Shown: positions 1 through 8,873 of the stretch, in pieces
Layout: the number at the start of each line of letters is the position of its first letter
How positions within the stretch are numbered: the first letter of the stretch is position 1
Assembly (NCBI GenBank): GCA_040752075.1
Contig: JBFMFQ010000001.1
Location: forward strand, 342 to 64,341
Source of the DNA: Candidatus Zixiibacteriota bacterium
Lineage (GTDB): Bacteria > Zixibacteria > MSB-5A5 > WJJR01
Direction of reading: 5' to 3'
DNA length: 64,000 nt
Notes under the pieces: model-generated
Told to the model about the DNA's origin: nothing
The model's database searches: none
What the model saw: the letters and a program-made list of their open reading frames with translations, nothing else
Made by a program: the position numbers and the translations under genes

Positions 1-79
1 GGTGTCCGTTCACCGGCGGAATTGGTATTGTATCCGTTCTCCGGGTGCGCCCGGCCCGGCCGCACGGAAGTTTAAGCCG

Positions 80-889
80 ATGAATGAAATCGCCTTCACA
101 AAGTATGAAGCCCTCCGGAATGACTTCATTATTGTGCACCAGCCCCCACCGGGCTTCCGCTGGACCGCGACTCGTGTCGCTGCGATTTGCGACCGCCGGG
201 CCGGGGCGGGGGCCGATGGGCTTATCATCCTCGGCGCTCCCAAGGGGATGTCCGCGTCTTTCCGGCTGTTTAATGCCGACGGCGGCTCAGCCGAGTGGTC
301 CGGCAACGGCATTCGTTGTGCCATTGCCTGCCTTCAGGACACGAACGCCGTGACCGAGATGAACTTCAAGACCGCAGCAGGACCGATCAATGCGACCATC
401 GAACCGCGTGGCTGGCGCGAACGATGGGCTTCCTTTGAGAGACCCTTGCCGGAGGTACGTCTGGCGAAGATGAACTCGCGTTCGGCCATCCCCCTGATCG
501 CGGGACCGTTCCATGTTGATGCGGGCAACCCTCACCGGGTTTACATCGTGAAGGATTTCGGCTTCGACTGGGAGGACGTTGGCGCGAAGTGCCAGGACAG
601 CGCGCGACGGACAAGAGGAATCAATGTGGAGTTCGTCAGACTGGCCGGCCTGGCCCGTCTTGAGATGCGCCTTTATGAACGCGGTGTCGGACCGACCCCG
701 GCATCAGGTTCCGGAGCGCTGGCGGCCGTGACAGTTTGCCATGCCCAGGGGGAGATCGGCGCGAAGGGCATCGCCGCATCGGTGGGGGGGCTCCAGTCCT
801 ACGAGATTGATGACAAGCGTGGGAGCATACGGTTGCACGCTCCCGTGCGACACGTGTATTCGGGTCAATGGAGCCCAAACGTCAGATGA
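80..889 (+). CDS. Diaminopimelate epimerase family protein (DapF-like). Both canonical catalytic Cys positions appear as Ser.
   Basis: N-terminal RNDFIIV (GNDF-like motif). NADGGSAEWSGNGIRC resembles the NADGSE..CGNGxRC block, with S in place of Cys73. NPHRV is present. YERGVGPTPASGSGA resembles YERGAGETQACGSGA, with S in place of Cys217. ATG at 80. Its stop overlaps trpE via ATGA at 886-889. Confidence 0.75.
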   Translation: MNEIAFTKYEALRNDFIIVHQPPPGFRWTATRVAAICDRRAGAGADGLIILGAPKGMSASFRLFNADGGSAEWSGNGIRCAIACLQDTNAVTEMNFKTAAGPINATIEPRGWRERWASFERPLPEVRLAKMNSRSAIPLIAGPFHVDAGNPHRVYIVKDFGFDWEDVGAKCQDSARRTRGINVEFVRLAGLARLEMRLYERGVGPTPASGSGALAAVTVCHAQGEIGAKGIAASVGGLQSYEIDDKRGSIRLHAPVRHVYSGQWSPNVR

Positions 890-2385
890 ACTCCGGGGTG
901 GAATTCAGGGAATTCAAAAGCCGCCTGTTGCAAGACGGGCTGGTCGTGCTCAGCGCAGAGATCCCGGCCGAGCTCCTGACTCCGGCGGCGGTCTTCCTGC
1001 GATTGGGGGGTGAACGCGCACGTTCCTCGTTCCTGTTTGAGAGCGTCGAGACCGGAGGGCGCATCGGGCGCTATTCATTCATCGGGATCGATCCCATCGA
1101 AGAGATCCGGCTGTCCGAAAGTGGCGGACATCACCGGATCGGTTCCTGGATCGCGGCGTTCTCGCCCGCCGAATTCCCAACCGTGGTGCGCGCACCACTA
1201 CAGGGGCGGAGCCGCTTTCACGACGACCACACCCCGCAAGGGCTCGCGGGAGGATGGGTTGGGTTTTTCTCCTACGACTGGGTCCGAATGCTGGAGCGGC
1301 TGCCGGAGCACACCACCGATCATCTGCGTCATCCCTGGGTGAGTCTTGGACTCTATGATGAGATCATCGTCTTCGACCACGTGTACCAGACCGCCCATGT
1401 CAATCTCGCCGTCAGGGCCACAGGCGATACCGGGCTCTCCGTTCTGCGACGGGCACACGACACTGGGCAACGCCGCTTGGAACGCACTGTGCGTCGCTTG
1501 AGACAACCTCAATCCCTTCCATCCGTGGGAAGGCTGACGCCCCGTCCCATTCAGTCCAACACCACGCCGCGCGGTTTCACCGAGGCGGTCAGGACCATCA
1601 AACGGCACATCGGGCGCGGCGACATCTTCCAGTGTGTGCTGTCTCAGCGATTCTCGGTCGATGGCCCGGTACGGCCGTTCGATGTCTACCGTCGCCTGCG
1701 CCGCAGCAATCCGTCGCCGTACATGTACTTTCTCAAGACCGACAAGTTGGCGATCGCCGGTTCATCTCCTGAGACCCTCGTTCAAAAGTCCGGATCCTCG
1801 ATACGGACACGCCCGATTGCCGGCACACGCCCGCGCGGCGACGACTCGGGTGAAGATTCGCGTCTCGAAAGGCAGCTTCTGGCATCGCCGAAGGAAAACG
1901 CCGAACACATCATGCTGGTCGATCTCGGTCGAAATGATCTTGGGCGTGTCGGTCAGGCAGGGTCAGTCAAGACGACCAGTTTCCGCCGAATCGAACGCTA
2001 TTCCCACGTCATGCACATGGTCTCCGAGGTCGAGGGGAAGGCCAAGCCAAGGGTCGATGCCTTGGATGTGCTGGCGGCCACATTTCCAGCCGGCACGGTC
2101 ACCGGAGCCCCGAAGATCCGTGCGATGGAAATCATCGAGTCGGTCGAGCCCGAACGGCGCGGGATCTACGCGGGCTGCGTTGGTTACATCGACTGGTGGG
2201 GAAACCTGGACACGGCCATCGCCATTCGCACCGCGGTGATGGACCGCCGGGGCGCCCACACCCAGGCCGGAGCGGGCATTGTGGCCGACAGCGACCCGGA
2301 AAGAGAGTACCGCGAGACGCAGAATAAGGCCGCCGCGCCGCTCTCAGCGCTTGGTGGTGTGTGGAAGCGGGGGCAAAAGCCGTGA
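868..2385 (+). CDS. trpE: Anthranilate synthase component I
   Basis: LFESVE, YSFIGIDP and GDIFQCVLSQRF chorismate-binding family motifs. C-terminal GAGIVADSDPEREYRE. Alternative ATG at 886 overlaps the dapF-like stop (ATGA). Confidence 0.85.
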   Translation: MEPKRQMNSGVEFREFKSRLLQDGLVVLSAEIPAELLTPAAVFLRLGGERARSSFLFESVETGGRIGRYSFIGIDPIEEIRLSESGGHHRIGSWIAAFSPAEFPTVVRAPLQGRSRFHDDHTPQGLAGGWVGFFSYDWVRMLERLPEHTTDHLRHPWVSLGLYDEIIVFDHVYQTAHVNLAVRATGDTGLSVLRRAHDTGQRRLERTVRRLRQPQSLPSVGRLTPRPIQSNTTPRGFTEAVRTIKRHIGRGDIFQCVLSQRFSVDGPVRPFDVYRRLRRSNPSPYMYFLKTDKLAIAGSSPETLVQKSGSSIRTRPIAGTRPRGDDSGEDSRLERQLLASPKENAEHIMLVDLGRNDLGRVGQAGSVKTTSFRRIERYSHVMHMVSEVEGKAKPRVDALDVLAATFPAGTVTGAPKIRAMEIIESVEPERRGIYAGCVGYIDWWGNLDTAIAIRTAVMDRRGAHTQAGAGIVADSDPEREYRETQNKAAAPLSALGGVWKRGQKP

Positions 2386-2948
2386 TCTTGCTCGTCGACA
2401 ACTACGACTCTTTCACCTACAACCTCTACCAGTACCTTGCCGAGCTGGGTGCGCAGGTGAAGGTGCTGCGCAATGATGCCGTCGATGTGGAGAGCATCAG
2501 TGCAAAGTATGAAGCGGTGGTTCTCTCTCCCGGACCGGGCCGTCCCAGTGAGGCGGGCGTCACCCCGGAGATCATCCGCCGTCACTCCGGCGCAATCCCG
2601 ATTCTGGGTGTCTGCCTCGGGCATCAGGCCATCGGCGAGGTGTTCGGCGGCAAAGTGGTCAGGGCCGCGCGGCTGATGCACGGCAAAACGTCGATGATTC
2701 GGCACAATGGCCGTGGATTATTCACCGGAATGGAGAATCCCTTCGAGGCCACACGCTACCATTCGCTGGTCGTTGAGAGGCAAAGCTGCCCCAACGTGCT
2801 GAAGGTGACCGCCGAGACCGAGGACGGCACCATCATGGGATTGAAGCATGTCAAACACCCCACGGTCGGTGTCCAGTTTCACCCGGAGTCCATCCTGACC
2901 CGCGCCGGCAAAGGTCTGCTCAAGAATTTTCTGGAGGGGAAGTACTGA
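2361..2948 (+). CDS. trpG: Anthranilate synthase component II (glutamine amidotransferase)
   Basis: LLVDNYDSFTYNLYQYL. Catalytic GVCLGHQ Cys. HPES His-Glu. Alternative GTG start at 2382 overlaps the trpE stop (GTGA). Confidence 0.85.
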   Translation: MEAGAKAVILLVDNYDSFTYNLYQYLAELGAQVKVLRNDAVDVESISAKYEAVVLSPGPGRPSEAGVTPEIIRRHSGAIPILGVCLGHQAIGEVFGGKVVRAARLMHGKTSMIRHNGRGLFTGMENPFEATRYHSLVVERQSCPNVLKVTAETEDGTIMGLKHVKHPTVGVQFHPESILTRAGKGLLKNFLEGKY

Positions 2949-2970
2949 GATTCCCCGAGATGACGCCGCC

Positions 2971-3987
2971 ATGCTGAAACCGTTCATCAAATCCGCGATC
3001 GAGCGCATCAATCTCTCCGTTGACGATGCCGAGACGGCCATGGGCGTCGTGATGCGCGGAGATGCGACCCCGGCGCAGATCGCCGCATGGCTGGTTGCGC
3101 TCCGTCAAAAGGGGGAAACCCCGGCGGAGATCACCGGGTTTGCACGGGCGATGCGGGCCGCCATGGTGACGATCCCCACGGTGCCGGAAGGGGCCATCGA
3201 TACATGCGGCACCGGAGGAGACGGGCTCTCGACCTTCAACATCTCCACGGCAGCCGCATTGATCACCGCATCGGCCGGTGTCCCGGTCGCCAAGCACGGC
3301 AACCGGGCGGTGTCCTCCAATTGCGGTTCCGCGGATGTACTGCACGCCCTCGGGTTCGAGATTGATCCGGGAGTGGAGGTTGTCACCAGCGCCCTCAACG
3401 AGATTCGTTTCGCATTTCTCTTTGCGCCGCGATTCCATCCGGCGATGAAACATGCGGTCGGGCCGCGCCGGGAGATCGGGGTGCGCACGGTCTTCAATAT
3501 TCTCGGACCTCTCTGCAATCCGGCGGGCGTCAAACGGCAGATTGTCGGCGTCTATGATCCGGCGGGAATCACCCGCATCGCGGAGGTGCTTGGCGCTCTC
3601 GGGTCGGAGCGGGTAATTGTCGTGTCTGGCCCAGGTGGTGCCGATGAACTCCTGCCGACCGGTGAAAACCTGGTGGCAGAGTGGAATGACGGCTCGCTAT
3701 CGAATTACTCCCTCGGCCCCTCGGACTTCGGCCTGCCGGAGATCAGGTTGGCCGACCTCAAGGGCACCGATGCGGATGGCAACGCGGAGGTCATTCGTGG
3801 CATCGCCCGCGGCGATCGCGGACCGATGACGGAGACAGCCCTGCTGAACGCCGGCGCGGCAATCTGGGTTGCCGGACGGGCCGAGACTCTGCGCGAGGGA
3901 ATTGCGGCGGCCCGCGCGGCGGTGGCCGATGGCCGTCTCCACGCGCTGTTGGAATCAGCCGCGAGAGCTAGCCGGTCGCGTACATGA
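2971..3987 (+). CDS. trpD: Anthranilate phosphoribosyltransferase
   Basis: GETPAEITGFARAMR, DTCGTGGDG, VAKHGNRAVSS motifs. ATG at 2971. Confidence 0.85.
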   Translation: MLKPFIKSAIERINLSVDDAETAMGVVMRGDATPAQIAAWLVALRQKGETPAEITGFARAMRAAMVTIPTVPEGAIDTCGTGGDGLSTFNISTAAALITASAGVPVAKHGNRAVSSNCGSADVLHALGFEIDPGVEVVTSALNEIRFAFLFAPRFHPAMKHAVGPRREIGVRTVFNILGPLCNPAGVKRQIVGVYDPAGITRIAEVLGALGSERVIVVSGPGGADELLPTGENLVAEWNDGSLSNYSLGPSDFGLPEIRLADLKGTDADGNAEVIRGIARGDRGPMTETALLNAGAAIWVAGRAETLREGIAAARAAVADGRLHALLESAARASRSRT

Positions 3988-4003
3988 GCGCAGTGTCAAC
4001 CAA

Positions 4004-5353
4004 ATGACCAACGGCATCGATACAACTCCTCCGTCGACCGTCAGGCAGATGCCCGACAGGTCCCCAATTCCTCCGGGAGGGCGGCGGCACCTCCCGGCAT
4101 GGTGGGGGGAATACCTCGAGAATCTCCGACGAATCTCGGTGCCGGCCCGCTGGTTCTTGCTGGGCACGACACTGATCGGGATGGCGTGGGCCACCTTCAT
4201 GCTGCTTTTCAACCTCTATATGAAGGAGCGAGGCTTCGCCGAGGGAACGATTGGGCATGTTTTGTCCATGCAGTCGTTTGGCATGGTTGCCCTGGCCGTC
4301 CCGGCAGCAATGATGGTGGCGCGGCGCTCGGCGCGCGGCCTTATGATCATGGCGAGCATCGGGGTTGCCATGGGCTTCTTATGGCAGACGTTGGCGGGCC
4401 CCGCTTCCATCATCCTGCTGGCCTCGTTTGCCACCGGTTCGATGATCGCGTTCTCGCGTGTGATGGGTTCGCCCTTCCTGATGAAGCACTCGACGCACGC
4501 GGAGCGTACCCATGTCTTTTCGCTGAGTTTCGCGGCGACGTTGAGTTCCGGGTTACTCACGCATTTCGCCGCGGGCTCCCTTCACCGCGTGCTCACGGGA
4601 ATCTCCGGGTCGCCCTTGACCGCCTACCGCATCGTCCTCCTGCTCGGCACCAGTTGCGCATTGGGCGCGGCGCTTGCCTTCTCACGCATCCCGCGTGGTG
4701 TGGTTGGCGTGCGCGGCCCCCGCCTCCCCTTGCGGGAGTTCTGGCGTGTTAAGGGACGGCTTCTGTTCCGGCTGATCTTTCCCTTCTTCCTTGTTGGAAT
4801 GGGCGCGGGACTGATCATCCCGTTTCTGAATTTGTACTTCAACGACCGCTTCGGACTAAGCGCACAGACCATCGGCTTCTACTATGCCCTTGTGCAGGCC
4901 TCGATGATTGTCGGCGTCATGATCGGCCCGGAACTCGCCCGCCGGTTCGGCATGATCCGCACCATAGTCTTTTCCGAGTGGGCGTCTCTGCCCTTTATGG
5001 TCATCATGGCGTTTACTCACAACCTGCCCTTGGCCACCGCGGCCTTTGTTGTGCGCGGTGCGCTCATGAACCTGGGCGTGCCGATTTCCAACAACTACAT
5101 GATGGAACGGGTGGGGGAATCCGATCGCGCCCTGGCCAACAGCTGGTCAATGGTGTCCTGGTCACTCTCCTGGGCGATTACCACCTGGATCGGCGGCACA
5201 ATGATCGAGCATCTCGGATATGAGATTCCTCTCATCGCCGCCAGTGTGCTCTATGTCGCCTCCAGCGTCATGTACTACGTGTATTTCCGGAACGAGGACA
5301 TCCATGCCGGGCGGCCGCCGGTGTCCGGTGGCGTGCGACCGGGCGAGGAATAG
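4004..5353 (+). CDS. MFS-type transporter (about 12 TM) embedded in the trp operon
   Basis: Multiple hydrophobic helices. Located between trpD and trpC on the same strand. ATG at 4004 is 17 nt after the trpD stop. An upstream extension to 3869 would overlap trpD and is discounted. Confidence 0.6.
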   Translation: MTNGIDTTPPSTVRQMPDRSPIPPGGRRHLPAWWGEYLENLRRISVPARWFLLGTTLIGMAWATFMLLFNLYMKERGFAEGTIGHVLSMQSFGMVALAVPAAMMVARRSARGLMIMASIGVAMGFLWQTLAGPASIILLASFATGSMIAFSRVMGSPFLMKHSTHAERTHVFSLSFAATLSSGLLTHFAAGSLHRVLTGISGSPLTAYRIVLLLGTSCALGAALAFSRIPRGVVGVRGPRLPLREFWRVKGRLLFRLIFPFFLVGMGAGLIIPFLNLYFNDRFGLSAQTIGFYYALVQASMIVGVMIGPELARRFGMIRTIVFSEWASLPFMVIMAFTHNLPLATAAFVVRGALMNLGVPISNNYMMERVGESDRALANSWSMVSWSLSWAITTWIGGTMIEHLGYEIPLIAASVLYVASSVMYYVYFRNEDIHAGRPPVSGGVRPGEE

Positions 5354-5363
5354 CGGGCAACCG

Positions 5364-6167
5364 ATGGCTGATGCCAGACACACAACAATCCCGGCCGTCT
5401 TAAGGGACATCGTGGCCGCCGCGCAGCGCCGGGCGCAATCGCTGCACCAGACCTCGTCCTTCGGCGAACTGGAATCGAAGGGACGGCGGCGCCAGAAACG
5501 GCCGTTTGCCCTCGCGCTGGAGAAGTGCCGTCCGGCGATCATTGCGGAAGTCAAGAAAGCCTCGCCTTCGAAGGGCGTGTTTCGATCCGACTTCGATCCG
5601 ATCCGGCTGGCCGCGTCGTACCAGGATGGCGGCGCCGCCGCTTTGTCGGTGGTCACAGAGCCCGAGTACTTCCAGGGAAACACCGCCTGGATCGAAGCAT
5701 TGCGCAACTCGTGTCATCTCCCGATTCTGCGGAAGGACTTCCTGATCGAGCCGATCCAGGTGGCCGAATCCGCGGCGGCGGGGGCGGATGCGATCCTGCT
5801 CATCGCCCGGATCTTGACATCATCGCAGCTGGCCGAGTTGACCGAGTCCGCCAAAGCGCTCGATCTCGAGATCCTCTTCGAGGCTCACGATGAGGCAGAC
5901 TTAAGCAAGATTGCCGGCTTGAATCCCGAACTCATCGGGATCAACGCGCGCAATCTGGACGATTTCAGCGTCTCGATGGACACATTCGAACCGCTCCGGA
6001 CCGGGATTCCCGCAAACGCCATGGCGATCGCGGAGAGCGGGCTTGAGAATTACGCCCAGATTAGGGACTTGATGACCACCGGATACCGAGGATTCTTGAT
6101 CGGTGAATCTCTCCTCAAAAGCGGGGATCCGTCCACCCTGTTGCGTACCCTGCGCGGCGAGGGCTGA
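5364..6167 (+). CDS. trpC: Indole-3-glycerol phosphate synthase
   Basis: IAEVKKASPSKG and ALSVVTEPEYFQG motifs typical of TrpC. ATG at 5364. Confidence 0.85.
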   Translation: MADARHTTIPAVLRDIVAAAQRRAQSLHQTSSFGELESKGRRRQKRPFALALEKCRPAIIAEVKKASPSKGVFRSDFDPIRLAASYQDGGAAALSVVTEPEYFQGNTAWIEALRNSCHLPILRKDFLIEPIQVAESAAAGADAILLIARILTSSQLAELTESAKALDLEILFEAHDEADLSKIAGLNPELIGINARNLDDFSVSMDTFEPLRTGIPANAMAIAESGLENYAQIRDLMTTGYRGFLIGESLLKSGDPSTLLRTLRGEG

Positions 6168-6171
6168 TCCA

Positions 6172-6822
6172 ATGCGACGCACACGAATCAAGTTCTGCGG
6201 CATAACCCGCCCGGAAGATGCCCGTGCGGCGGAGGCGGCGGGCTGCGATGCGGTGGGAGTGGTGCTCTGGCCGGGGAGCAAACGCGCGGTGTCCAGAGAT
6301 CAGGCCAAAGAAATCGCCGGGGCTGTCTCGCCAATGATCGCCGTCGTCGGCGTCTTCGTCAGCCCCACCCCGGAGGAAGTTCAAAGCGCCGCGCTGGACA
6401 TCGGGTTGTCTGCTGCACAGTTATCCGGACCACTGGATGAACGCGGATGGGATTCAGTTAACGGGGTTCGACTCCTGCGGGTGATCGGCATGAACAGCGA
6501 CCTCCAGCGGCCGGAACCTTGGCGCGGACTGAGAGACTACGTGCTCGACACGCTCGATGCCAACCACCAGGGGGGAACCGGCCAGGCATTCGATTGGTCG
6601 CTGGTATCGCGCATCGACCACTCGTGGCGGATCTGGCTCGCCGGCGGCTTGAGCCCGGAGAATGTGGACACCGCGATACGGCAAGTCCGCCCCTACGGGG
6701 TCGATGTCTCAAGCGGGATCGAGTCTTCCGTCGGCATCAAGTCTGCCGATCTCATGCAGAGATTCGCGGAGCAGGTTCGCCGGGCGGATGAATCCCTTCG
6801 AACGGACAGGTTGGAACAATGA
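6172..6822 (+). CDS. trpF: Phosphoribosylanthranilate isomerase
   Basis: [13 protein letters not shown]-terminus and TIM-barrel PRAI pattern. ATG at 6172. ATGA overlap with trpB at 6819-6822. Confidence 0.8.
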   Translation: MRRTRIKFCGITRPEDARAAEAAGCDAVGVVLWPGSKRAVSRDQAKEIAGAVSPMIAVVGVFVSPTPEEVQSAALDIGLSAAQLSGPLDERGWDSVNGVRLLRVIGMNSDLQRPEPWRGLRDYVLDTLDANHQGGTGQAFDWSLVSRIDHSWRIWLAGGLSPENVDTAIRQVRPYGVDVSSGIESSVGIKSADLMQRFAEQVRRADESLRTDRLEQ

Positions 6823-8060
6823 CGCCTGCAAAACACACTCAGCCGGCATCCACCATCCGCGGCCGCGACTACCGTCGCCGACCCGATCGCCGGGGTCGTT
6901 TCGGACGTTTTGGCGGCCGGTACGTGCCTGAAACCCTCATCCCCGCGCTGGATCGGCTGACCCGTGATTTCGAGTCAGCCTGGCGGGACCGCTCATTCCA
7001 GCGCGAGTACCGCGATCTTCTGCGCGAGTATGCCGGGCGTCCGACGCCGCTCTATTTCGCCGAACGCCTGACACGGGAACTCAAGCGCGGCAGGATCTAC
7101 CTGAAACGGGAAGACCTCAACCACACCGGTTCGCACAAACTGAACAATGTGCTCGGGCAGGTTCTTCTGGCGGTGCGGGGCGGGCGCAAACGCGTGATCG
7201 CCGAGACCGGCGCCGGGCAGCACGGCGTCGCCACCGCCACCGTGGCGGCACGCTTCGGCCTCTCGTGCGATGTCTACATGGGGAAACTGGATGTGGAGCG
7301 GCAGGCGCCCAATGTGGCGCGCATGCGCCTGCTCGGAGCGCGGGTCATCCCGGTCGAATCGGGAGCGCAGACGCTGAAAGATGCGACCAACGAGGCGATC
7401 CGCGACTGGGTCACGAATGTGGAATCGACCTTCTATGTCATCGGTTCCGTGGTGGGCCCGCATCCATACCCGTATATGGTGCGTCAGTTCCAGCGGATCA
7501 TCGGCGAGGAAGCCCGGCGTCAGTTCAGGCGTCAGACCGGACGATTGCCGGACTGCCTGATCGCCTGTGTCGGCGGCGGCTCCAACGCGATCGGCTTTTT
7601 CACGGCGTTCCTGCCGGACCAACGGGTGGAACTAATCGGCGCCGAAGCAGCCGGCCATGGGATACGAAGCGGACAACACGCCGCGAGTCTCACTGCGGGG
7701 ACCATCGGGGTCCTGCACGGGTCCATGGGGTATCTGCTCCAGAGCGCAACAGGCCAGATCACCGTGCCGCACTCGATCTCCGCAGGGCTGGACTATCCGG
7801 GAGTAGGCCCCGAACACTCCTTCCTCAAGGACAGCGGACGGGTTCGGTATGTCGCGATCACAGATGATGAGGCGATCGGGGCGTTTCACCTTCTCTCAAG
7901 GCAGGAGGGTATTTTGCCCGCGTTAGAGTCGGCCCACGCCATTGCGGCCCTCTCGCGCCTCCCGCGCGACCGGTCCGGCAAGCGCACTATTGGTGTGTGT
8001 CTTTCCGGACGCGGCGACAAAGACCTGGCGACCGTGACGTCCACCGGAGAGGGGAAGTAG
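6819..8060 (+). CDS. trpB: Tryptophan synthase beta chain
   Basis: [24 protein letters not shown] (PLP Lys), [10 protein letters not shown] motifs. Confidence 0.9.
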   Translation: MTPAKHTQPASTIRGRDYRRRPDRRGRFGRFGGRYVPETLIPALDRLTRDFESAWRDRSFQREYRDLLREYAGRPTPLYFAERLTRELKRGRIYLKREDLNHTGSHKLNNVLGQVLLAVRGGRKRVIAETGAGQHGVATATVAARFGLSCDVYMGKLDVERQAPNVARMRLLGARVIPVESGAQTLKDATNEAIRDWVTNVESTFYVIGSVVGPHPYPYMVRQFQRIIGEEARRQFRRQTGRLPDCLIACVGGGSNAIGFFTAFLPDQRVELIGAEAAGHGIRSGQHAASLTAGTIGVLHGSMGYLLQSATGQITVPHSISAGLDYPGVGPEHSFLKDSGRVRYVAITDDEAIGAFHLLSRQEGILPALESAHAIAALSRLPRDRSGKRTIGVCLSGRGDKDLATVTSTGEGK

Positions 8061-8063
8061 CCG

Positions 8064-8852
8064 ATGGACTCGCCAATCTCCCGTCTTCGCTCGATCTTTA
8101 TTGATGGCCGGCCGATCATTCCGTTTCTGACCGCCGGTTTCCCGAAGCCGACAGTCTTCCTCGATGCCGTGACCGCCTGTGTCGATGCCGGCGCGGCCGC
8201 GCTGGAAATCGGCGTGCCGTTTTCCGATCCCCTCGCCGACGGACCCACGATTCAACACTCCTCCCAGGTCGCCCTGGCGCAGGGGGTTGATCTTGATGCC
8301 GTCTTCGATCTGACGCAGCGGGTGTGCACGCGCCACGATATCCCTGTCCTTCTGATGGGCTACTTCAACCCGCTTTTGAAGCGCGGACTGGACCGGTTCG
8401 CCTCGGACGTGCGATCGGCCGGCGCATGCGGAACGATTATTCCGGATTGCCCGGTCGATGAGGCGGTGGACTGGATGGCGGCGTCAAGGCGGGTCGGGCT
8501 CGCCAATGTCTTCCTGATCGCACCCACCACCACCGATGAGCGCATCACCGTCATTGACCGCCATTCAACGGCCTTCTCATATTGTGTGTCTGTGGCCGGG
8601 GTGACCGGCGCACGGAGTGGAGTGGCGGCGTCCACGCGTCGTTTCCTGAAACGGGTCGCCGAACGGGCCGAGAAACCCCACGTGGTGGGGTTCGGTATCT
8701 CGAATCCCGCCCACATTCGCGAGTTGCGCGGGCTCGCCGACGGTTTCGTGGTGGGATCGGCCCTGGTGAATACCCTGCGAGACGGAAAGGGTAGAGAACG
8801 CACTCACCGTCTGTCCAATCTTGTCGAGTCGCTGGTCCGGGCGGCTGAGTGA
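8064..8852 (+). CDS. trpA: Tryptophan synthase alpha chain
   Basis: IPFLTAGFP and ALEIGVPFSDPLADGP motifs. Confidence 0.85.
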   Translation: MDSPISRLRSIFIDGRPIIPFLTAGFPKPTVFLDAVTACVDAGAAALEIGVPFSDPLADGPTIQHSSQVALAQGVDLDAVFDLTQRVCTRHDIPVLLMGYFNPLLKRGLDRFASDVRSAGACGTIIPDCPVDEAVDWMAASRRVGLANVFLIAPTTTDERITVIDRHSTAFSYCVSVAGVTGARSGVAASTRRFLKRVAERAEKPHVVGFGISNPAHIRELRGLADGFVVGSALVNTLRDGKGRERTHRLSNLVESLVRAAE

Positions 8853-8873
8853 GTGGCGGTTGTCGGTAGCCGA

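Noticed and set aside
3869-4003. 5-prime extension of the MFS ORF back to 3869, and alternative 5-prime extensions of several ORFs (cyt c to 25186, FadL-like to 36143, thioesterase to 53459, pabC to 38472).
   Set aside because: The extensions overlap upstream genes substantially and lack RBS support. Internal ATG or GTG starts with Shine-Dalgarno-like motifs give proteins with expected N-termini or signal peptides.
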